Below are positions 61,201 to 64,000 of a stretch of 64,000 bases of DNA, piece by piece. The notes under the pieces were generated by a model. It searched no databases. It saw nothing but the letters and a program-made list of their open reading frames with translations, and was not told the origin of the DNA. The stretch comes from Malacoraja senta (taxonomy: Eukaryota). The DNA lies in NCBI GenBank assembly GCA_038087875.1, contig CM075995.1:4528001-4592000 (forward strand), in the 5' to 3' direction. The position numbers and the translations under genes were made by a program. Position 1 is the stretch's first letter. Each line of letters starts with the position of its first letter.

Positions 61201-62787
61201 GATTTATTCTTTTGCCAAACTGGGATGAACAATTTTTGTAGTTCATCCATGCAGTCTTTAAATGCCTTCCATTGCATATCCACCGTCAACCCTTTTAGAA
61301 CGAATTGCCAGTCAATCTTGGCCAATTCACGTCTCATACCCTCAAAGTTACCTTTCTTTAAGTTCAGAACCGTTGTTTCTGAATTAACAATGTCACTCTC
61401 CATCCTAATGAAGAACTCAACCATATTATGATCACTCTTGCCCAAGGGGGCACGCACAACAAGTCTGCTAACTAACCCTTCCTCATTACTCAATACCCAG
61501 TCTAGAATAGCCTGCTCTCTCGTTGGTTCCTCTACATGTTGGTTTAGATAACTATCCCTCATACATTCCAAGAAATCCTCTTCCTCAGCACCCCTGCCAA
61601 TTTGATTCACCCAATCTATATGTAGATTGAAGTCACCCATTATAACTGTTTTGCCTTTGTTGCACACATTTCTAATTTCCTGTTTGATGCCATCCCCAAC
61701 TTCACTACTACTGCTAGGTGGCCTGTACACAACACCCACCAGCGTTTTCTGCCCCTTAGTGTTTCGCAGCTCTACCCATACCGATTCCACATCCTCCAAG
61801 CTAATGTCCTTCCTTTCCACTGCGTTAATCTCCTCTCTAACCAGCAACGCTACCCCACCTCCTTTTCCTTTCTCTCTATCCCTCCTGAATATTGAATATC
61901 CCTGGATGTTCAGCTCCCAGCCTTGGTCACCTTGGAGCCATGTCTCCGTGATCCCAACTATATCATAATCATTAATTGCTATCTGCACGTTCAACTCATC
62001 CACCTTATTACGAATGCTCCTTGCATTGAGACACAAAGCCTTCAGGCTTGTTTTTACAACGCTCTTACCCCTTATACAATTATGTTGAAAAGTGGCTCTT
62101 TTTGATTTTTGCCCTGGATTTGTCTGCCTGCCACTTTTACCTTTCACCTTGCTACCTATTGCTTCCGCCCGCATTTTACACCCCTCTGTTTCTCTGCTCA
62201 CCCATTTAAGAACCCCACCACCTCTTATTCTCTGTTTATTATTGTTTTCTTCTTTCGCTCCTCTTCTCTCCTTATCTGACATGCTTTTGTCTCCTTTCCA
62301 CCTCTAACCTTTGTCACCTCCAGCAGCTGCTGTTTTTGGTACCTCTCATTATCTCAATCATTATCCTGCAGGCAGCTGCACAGTAAAATGCACAAAGGTG
62401 CTGGGTTCAATTCCCCCTTGTGTGCTACATTAACAACATCGCCATGGTAACACCAGCAATGCAGAGTCAGCAGCAGCATCCCTGGGTGAGAAATAGGGAA
62501 AAACAGCCAGGGTTGTTTTCCCTGCTACACGTCCGATTCACTGTTGCCAGGGAAAAACAGCGAGGGTTGTTTTCCCTGCTACACGTCCGATTCACTGTTG
62601 CCAGTGCAACACAGGGAAACATCGACAGATGTATTTAAAGAAATAACCTACAAGTGATACTGTGGCAATAAAGACAATTCTTTATACAGATAATCACGGC
62701 AAGAAAACAAACCAGTCCATGCTTCAGTGACATACCTGTAATGATGCACAGCAACACAGCGTTGAGGAAAATGCACACGGGAATCAT
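2421..62787 (-). CDS. KIAA0319: KIAA0319 orthologue (MANSC + 5 PKD domain type I membrane protein); 14 coding exons in window, about 2451 nt, 3' part outside window
   Basis: Spliced peptides match recalled human KIAA0319 ([16 protein letters not shown] vs [44 protein letters not shown]). The N-terminus fits KIAA0319 rather than KIAA0319L/AAVR. All junctions are GT-AG with compatible phases. Confidence 0.93.
2850..3240 (-). mobile_element. Rex1/Babar-type LINE 3' ORF fragment
   Basis: ORF 2848..3222 ([24 protein letters not shown]...[10 protein letters not shown]), homologous to the C-terminus of ORF 22196..23755. Confidence 0.85.
3252..3585. mobile_element. Penelope-like short insert with inverted arms and degenerate hammerhead-like cores; interrupted by a CR1 tail (about 3421-3552)
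   Basis: Head-to-head copies of ctgaagaagggtctcgacccaaaacgtcacccatt (plus strand at 3359; minus arm about 3281-3318). Confidence 0.6.
3648..3799 (-). CDS. KIAA0319: KIAA0319 coding exon 13: PKD5 start ([51 protein letters not shown])
   Basis: tttttaag|AA ... GGT|gtgagt; 152 nt. Confidence 0.95.
4195..4670 (+). mobile_element. CR1-type LINE 3' fragment
   Basis: ORF 4319..4582 (KGLDR...[13 protein letters not shown]) plus 3' tail. Confidence 0.85.
4820..4965 (-). CDS. KIAA0319: KIAA0319 coding exon 12 ([36 protein letters not shown]...VKE)
   Basis: tttcccag|T GGT ... GAA G|gtcagt; 146 nt. Confidence 0.94.
5248..6292. mobile_element. Non-autonomous DNA transposon, hAT-like termini
   Basis: Imperfect TIRs TAGcaATGTTACAA / TAGgtATGTTACAA; direct repeat atcaaac at 5241-5247 and 6293-6299; cleanly interrupts an older LINE tail. 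Confidence 0.75.
7672..7799 (+). mobile_element. Penelope-like short insert with 12-bp TSD
   Basis: TSD caaaatgcacaa at 7660-7671 and 7800-7811; short inverted 5' arm; ctgaagaaggg head; ends agcatctgcagttcc. Confidence 0.7.
7837..7969 (-). CDS. KIAA0319: KIAA0319 coding exon 11: PKD4 start ([44 protein letters not shown])
   Basis: ttccacag|AG ... ATA AG|gtaact; 133 nt. Confidence 0.94.
8355..8985 (-). mobile_element. CR1-type LINE 3' fragment
   Basis: ORF 8732..9094 part ([19 protein letters not shown]) and tail. Confidence 0.9.
9287..12595 (-). mobile_element. Young CR1-type LINE copy 1 (APE endonuclease + RT, 5' truncated), inserted in an HE1 SINE (9148-9286 / about 12605-12785)
   Basis: ORFs 11986..12666 ([17 protein letters not shown]), 11192..11956 (GDFN, SDH), 10475..11113 and 9380..10390 ([12 protein letters not shown]). 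One frameshift (about 11990) and two stops (11192, 10475). Confidence 0.96.
12845..13410 (+). mobile_element. CR1-type LINE 3' fragment (different subfamily)
   Basis: ORF 12846..13214 ([14 protein letters not shown]...[13 protein letters not shown]). Confidence 0.9.
13415..13568 (+). mobile_element. L2-type LINE 3' tail
   Basis: tgtacagcactttg...aaagtgctctataaataaag followed by (tta)n. Confidence 0.55.
13768..14075 (+). mobile_element. HE1-type V-SINE
   Basis: tRNA-like head, V-domain, tail. Confidence 0.85.
14700..14948 (-). mobile_element. HE1-type V-SINE
   Basis: tRNA-like head, V-domain, partial tail. Confidence 0.8.
15017..15140 (-). CDS. KIAA0319: KIAA0319 coding exon 10 ([25 protein letters not shown]...VQP)
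   Basis: ttcccag|GGC ... CCT G|gtgagt; 124 nt. Confidence 0.95.
15555..16400 (+). mobile_element. GC-rich non-coding retroposon-like repeat, copy B, inserted in the Tc1 terminal repeat
   Basis: ggtgggggcgc start, GC-rich body, ccaccacag...ctgtggtgg hairpin, aataaa tail; Tc1 sequence resumes after it. Confidence 0.6.
17016..17937 (+). mobile_element. CR1-type LINE 3' part inserted into the Tc1 transposase
   Basis: [11 protein letters not shown]... in ORF 16894..17559; tail (ctattgt)n. Confidence 0.93.
18433..19205 (-). mobile_element. CR1-type LINE internal RT fragment carrying a nested LINE tail (about 18562-18655)
   Basis: ORFs 18871..19203 ([13 protein letters not shown]) and 18282..18851 (FADD). 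Confidence 0.9.
19441..19669 (-). CDS. KIAA0319: KIAA0319 coding exon 9: PKD2/3 (LTVLDSDG...[15 protein letters not shown]...VAVMQ)
   Basis: ttttccag|G CTC ... CAG|gtcagt; 229 nt; ORF 19408..19680. Confidence 0.95.
19683..19965 (-). mobile_element. HE1-type V-SINE abutting the coding exon 9 acceptor
   Basis: Tail, V-domain and head in reverse orientation. Confidence 0.8.
20184..21020. mobile_element. PIF/Harbinger-like MITE inserted in an HE1 SINE (20146-21275)
   Basis: TIR gcctgtcccactt..gcg at both ends; TTA duplicated at 20181-20183 and 21021-21023; removal restores the SINE head gttgctgccttacag. Confidence 0.85.
20350..20710 (+). mobile_element. CORE-SINE resembling teleost AFC-type SINEs, with L2-type tail
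   Basis: B-box ggttcgaatccc; CORE gtgtccttgggcaagacactt; ccccagggcagctgtggctaca block; tail tgtaaagcgccttgag...aggcgctatataaat plus (att)n. Confidence 0.8.
21463..25265 (+). mobile_element. GC-rich retroposon-like repeat, copy C, split by the Rex1 insertion (parts 21463-21986 and about 25160-25265)
   Basis: The two parts join to match copy E (gttaaaatgtatttt|gtgt...gcaaatgaaattcc...ggctaataaagtatta); tail (gattgt)n. Confidence 0.65.
21987..25050 (-). mobile_element. Near-complete Rex1/Babar-type LINE (APE + RT)
   Basis: ORFs 24540.. ([20 protein letters not shown]), 23801..24526 (GDFN, SDH) and 22196..23755 ([12 protein letters not shown]). One 2-bp frameshift (about 24556) and one in-frame stop (23801). 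3' tail (aatctg)n. Confidence 0.93.
25520..26098 (+). mobile_element. CR1-type LINE 3' fragment
   Basis: ORF 25695..25916 plus tail. Confidence 0.85.
26130..31931 (-). mobile_element. TSD-bounded L1-clade LINE, decayed (ORF1 split, ORF2 fragmented, endonuclease deleted)
   Basis: 5' gacttccggtggcg; ORF1 30906..31739 (coiled coil, [15 protein letters not shown]) plus 30326..30547; ORF2 pieces [28 protein letters not shown]; poly(A) at 26130; TSD tgct(a/g)ttgttattc at 26116-26129 and 31932-31945. Confidence 0.93.
30546..30917 (+). mobile_element. 5'-truncated L1 3' end inserted antisense into L1 ORF1
   Basis: TSD aaaaaatctcaggtcc at 30530-30545 and 30918-30933; aataaa plus A-rich tail; shares catatggtgcaaca...taactgt with the host 3' end. 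Confidence 0.8.
32676..33117. mobile_element. hAT/Charlie-like MITE inside a CR1 fragment
   Basis: TIR CAGaGgTCGGCAACCT / CAGgGaTCGGCAACCT; 8-bp TSD gtctacca/gtctaccc; contains a Penelope-like inverted insert at about 32865-32992. Confidence 0.85.
33395..33672 (+). mobile_element. HE1-type V-SINE
   Basis: tRNA-like head, V-domain, tail. Confidence 0.85.
33803..33935 (-). CDS. KIAA0319: KIAA0319 coding exon 8 ([19 protein letters not shown]...[12 protein letters not shown])
   Basis: ttctttag|GA ... TTT AG|gtaata; 133 nt. Confidence 0.94.
34822..35505 (-). mobile_element. Two tandem HE1-type V-SINEs (about 34822-35130 and 35188-35505)
   Basis: Each has tail, V-domain and head in reverse orientation. 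Confidence 0.85.
35604..35696 (-). CDS. KIAA0319: KIAA0319 coding exon 7: PKD2 start ([31 protein letters not shown])
   Basis: ttccacag|CC ... AGC C|gtaagt; 93 nt. Confidence 0.92.
35955..36760 (+). mobile_element. Old CR1 3' fragment interrupted by an HE1 SINE (about 36313-36620)
   Basis: Degenerate ORF2 end and tail on both sides of a complete SINE. Confidence 0.75.
36922..37240 (-). mobile_element. HE1-type V-SINE
   Basis: Complete SINE in reverse orientation. Confidence 0.85.
37326..37413 (-). CDS. KIAA0319: KIAA0319 coding exon 6 ([29 protein letters not shown])
   Basis: tttccag|TTG ... CCT G|gtaatg; 88 nt. Confidence 0.93.
38200..39565 (+). mobile_element. Cluster of CR1 3' fragments and an HE1 SINE (about 39265-39562)
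   Basis: Degenerate CR1 ORF2 ends and tails; SINE head and V-domain. Confidence 0.75.
41377..41690 (-). mobile_element. HE1-type V-SINE
   Basis: Complete SINE in reverse orientation. Confidence 0.85.
41830..41927 (-). CDS. KIAA0319: KIAA0319 coding exon 5 ([33 protein letters not shown])
   Basis: ctcttcag|AA ... CAG|gtaagg; 98 nt. Confidence 0.93.
42135..44390 (+). mobile_element. CR1-type LINE fragment split by an antisense CR1 insertion (about 42815-43580)
   Basis: Plus-strand ORFs 42389..42769 ([14 protein letters not shown]), 43628.. and 44010..; minus-strand ORFs 42961..43350 and 43458.. Confidence 0.9.
45054..45152 (-). CDS. KIAA0319: KIAA0319 coding exon 4: PKD1 start ([33 protein letters not shown])
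   Basis: catag|TT AAG ... GCA G|gtgagg; 99 nt. Confidence 0.93.
45758..46000 (+). repeat. C-rich low-complexity tract (G-runs on the transcribed minus strand) inside a degenerate V-SINE
   Basis: About 240 nt of (ccccN)-like repeats between the two halves of the V-domain. Confidence 0.85.
46070..47155 (+). mobile_element. CR1 3' fragment with a younger CR1 3' fragment nested at about 46385-46972
   Basis: ORF 46475..46882; host resumes at gtaggaggcagttgagacagg. Confidence 0.88.
48795..49477. mobile_element. hAT-family MITE inside a CR1 fragment (about 48235-49520, minus strand)
   Basis: 16-bp TIR C(t/a)GTGCTTCTTAAACT; perfect 8-bp TSD ctctaacc at 48787-48794 and 49478-49485. Confidence 0.9.
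49530..49880 (-). mobile_element. Rex1-like LINE 3' end
   Basis: [21 protein letters not shown]...; tail cctcctgggat...(tcgta)n, also seen at about 155-210 and 4000-4045. Confidence 0.65.
50042..50243 (-). CDS. KIAA0319: KIAA0319 coding exon 3: S/T/P-rich stalk ([13 protein letters not shown]...AFAQQP)
   Basis: ctttaccag|GAA ... CCA G|gtaaca; 202 nt, phase 0 to 1, open frame, fits the neighbouring exons. Confidence 0.8.
52320..52595 (+). mobile_element. HE1-type V-SINE
   Basis: tRNA-like head, V-domain, tail. Confidence 0.85.
52739..53501 (-). CDS. KIAA0319: KIAA0319 coding exon 2: MANSC-like cysteine domain plus start of stalk; frameshifted as given
   Basis: ttttcacag|GG AAT CTC TGC ... 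[17 protein letters not shown] / [17 protein letters not shown] / SHLTFV ... DAGIQE|gtaggc. At 763 nt the length is out of phase by one, and the homology is split over several frames. Confidence 0.85.
53532..53873 (-). mobile_element. HE1-type V-SINE with a small internal inverted duplication
   Basis: Complete SINE; gtgtgggagg / cctcccacac / gtgtgggagg rearrangement at about 53688-53746. Confidence 0.8.
54600..54895 (+). mobile_element. HE1-type V-SINE
   Basis: tRNA-like head, V-domain, tail. Confidence 0.85.
55775..56325 (-). mobile_element. GC-rich retroposon-like repeat, copy E
   Basis: Close match to copy C body and tail; gggggcgcc start. Confidence 0.65.
56565..57020 (+). mobile_element. 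Rex1-type LINE 3' end; its 3' UTR is the abundant ...gttagcacgcaacaaaagcttttcactgtacctcggtac repeat in this window
   Basis: ORF 56569..56790 ([18 protein letters not shown]) runs into that UTR and an aataaa(ctgaa/ctaaa) tail. Confidence 0.8.
57998..58300 (+). repeat. Compound microsatellite (GT)n/(GTGTCTGT)n/(GC,GT)n/(GTTA)n inside an HE1 SINE (about 57804-58370)
   Basis: Directly visible. Confidence 0.97.
59161..62256 (-). mobile_element. Young CR1-type LINE copy 2 (APE + RT), near-identical to copy 1
   Basis: ORFs 60846..62282 and 59260..60822, separated only by a 22-bp deletion at about 60859; tail (tctatgta)n. Confidence 0.96.
62495..62602. repeat. 54-bp tandem duplication, each unit with a hairpin
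   Basis: agggaaaaacagc(c/g)agggttgttttccctgctacacgtccgattcactgttgcc x2. Confidence 0.9.
62736..62787 (-). CDS. KIAA0319: KIAA0319 coding exon 1: signal peptide [17 protein letters not shown](G)
   Basis: ATG at 62787, 17 hydrophobic codons plus G, then G|gtatgt donor. Phase 1 matches the GG start of the next exon. Probable acceptor at about 62866 (ttctag). Confidence 0.8.
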
Positions 62788-63218
62788 TTCTCAGGCAAGA
62801 AAAACATGCACAAGTGTAATTTTTTCTTCTTTCCTTTTCCTCTCTCCAGTTGCAAATTCAGAGGCACTAGAACAGAGACCTGATGATCAGTCTTCATTTA
62901 TTATATCAGTTTGATACTTCATACTTGATTAACTTAATTTATGCAATGCTGCTAAAGTGTCTTGCATGCAATTAAGGTACCAATAATTGGCTGAAGCATG
63001 ATGCCATTGTGTAGAAGATTAGAAGTGATATTTTTTAATATTTCTCCCTCAGAATCAGGCCGTCTTTTAGTTTGGTTTAGTTTTGAGATACAGCGCGAAA
63101 ACAGGCCCTTCAGCCCACCAAGTCCGCACCGACCAGCGATCCCCACACACTAACAGTATCCTACACACACCAGAGACAATTTACATTTATACCCAGCCAA
63201 TTAATCTATAACCTATAA

Positions 63219-63355
63219 TCCCATCAGTCCGAAGAAGGGTTTCGGCCCGAAACGTTGCCTATTTCCTTCGCTCCATAGATGCTGCCTCACCTGCTGAGTT
63301 TCTACAGCATTTTTTCTATCTTCGATTTTCCAGCATCTGCAGTTCCTTCTTAAAC
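63219..63355 (+). mobile_element. Penelope-like short insert with hammerhead-like core and 9-bp TSD, inside an HE1 SINE (about 63067-63510, minus strand)
   Basis: TSD aacctataa at 63210-63218 and 63356-63364; cCGAAGA a ggg tttcgg ccc GAAAcgtt core. Confidence 0.75.
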
Positions 63356-64000
63356 AACCTATAAACCTGTACATCTTTGGAGAGTGGGAGAAAACCGAAG
63401 ATCACGGGGAGAACGTACAAACTCCTTACAGACAAGCACCCATAGTCTTGATGGAACCCGGTCTCTGGTGCTGGAAGGCAGCAACTCTACCGCTGCGCCA
63501 CTGTGCCACCCTTTATTTTTATTTTTTTTACGGGTTGGACTGCTTTCAGTTAGTTACTGTCTTTCAACTCTTGTTTTATATTTGTTTCCAGCATTTTTTA
63601 ATTTCAGATTTCCAGCATCTGCAGTTTTATTGTAGTTCATTCATATTCCATTTATTATTTAGACAATATCTTAATTATTAACCAAGCTAACACATTCAGC
63701 TAACAGTCAGTATCAACATATGACACTTTTAGATAGGCATGTGAATAAGTAGGGAATGGAGAGATATGGAACATATGCAGACGGAAGGGATTTAGTTTAA
63801 GTAGACACCATGTTCAGCAGAGCCTTTGGGAGCTGAAAGGTCCATTCTTGTGCTGAACTGTTCTATATTCTATGACTCGTTAAACACCACCACAACTAGA
63901 AAGTCATACATTGGGTGGGAGTATTTCAAATTAGTGTAAATAAAATCATGAGAGGAATAGATTGGGTAGATGTACAGAGTATCCTGTCCAGAGTAGGGGA

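Noticed and set aside
2421..62787. Assignment to KIAA0319L (AAVR)
   Set aside because: The short signal-peptide exon and the SPNL / CCD..CDLAW / CY..SC / CEPK / LTFV motifs match KIAA0319 as recalled; reciprocal BLAST and synteny would confirm.

Overview
Vertebrate genomic DNA, not prokaryotic. The repeat complement (HE1-type V-SINEs, CR1/HER1-type LINEs) points to a cartilaginous fish, probably a skate or ray (inference). The window holds 14 coding exons of a KIAA0319 orthologue on the minus strand (62787 down to 2421): signal peptide, MANSC-like domain, mucin-like stalk and all five PKD domains. The 3' end of the gene lies beyond position 1. Thirteen exons are intact with GT-AG junctions and compatible phases. 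The large MANSC exon carries a cluster of frameshifts; an in-phase cryptic donor at the first lesion could rescue the frame. Introns are mostly transposons: two young near-identical CR1 LINEs, a near-intact Rex1-type LINE, a TSD-bounded L1, a decayed Tc1, three hAT-like and one Harbinger-like MITE, more than 20 V-SINEs and one teleost-like CORE-SINE. The most unusual signals are a family of short non-coding Penelope-like inserts with hammerhead-ribozyme-like cores, inverted arms and 9-12 bp TSDs, and a GC-rich non-tRNA retroposon family with a covarying stem-loop. Repeat boundaries are approximate unless TSD/TIR coordinates are given. Family names come from recalled motifs, not database searches.
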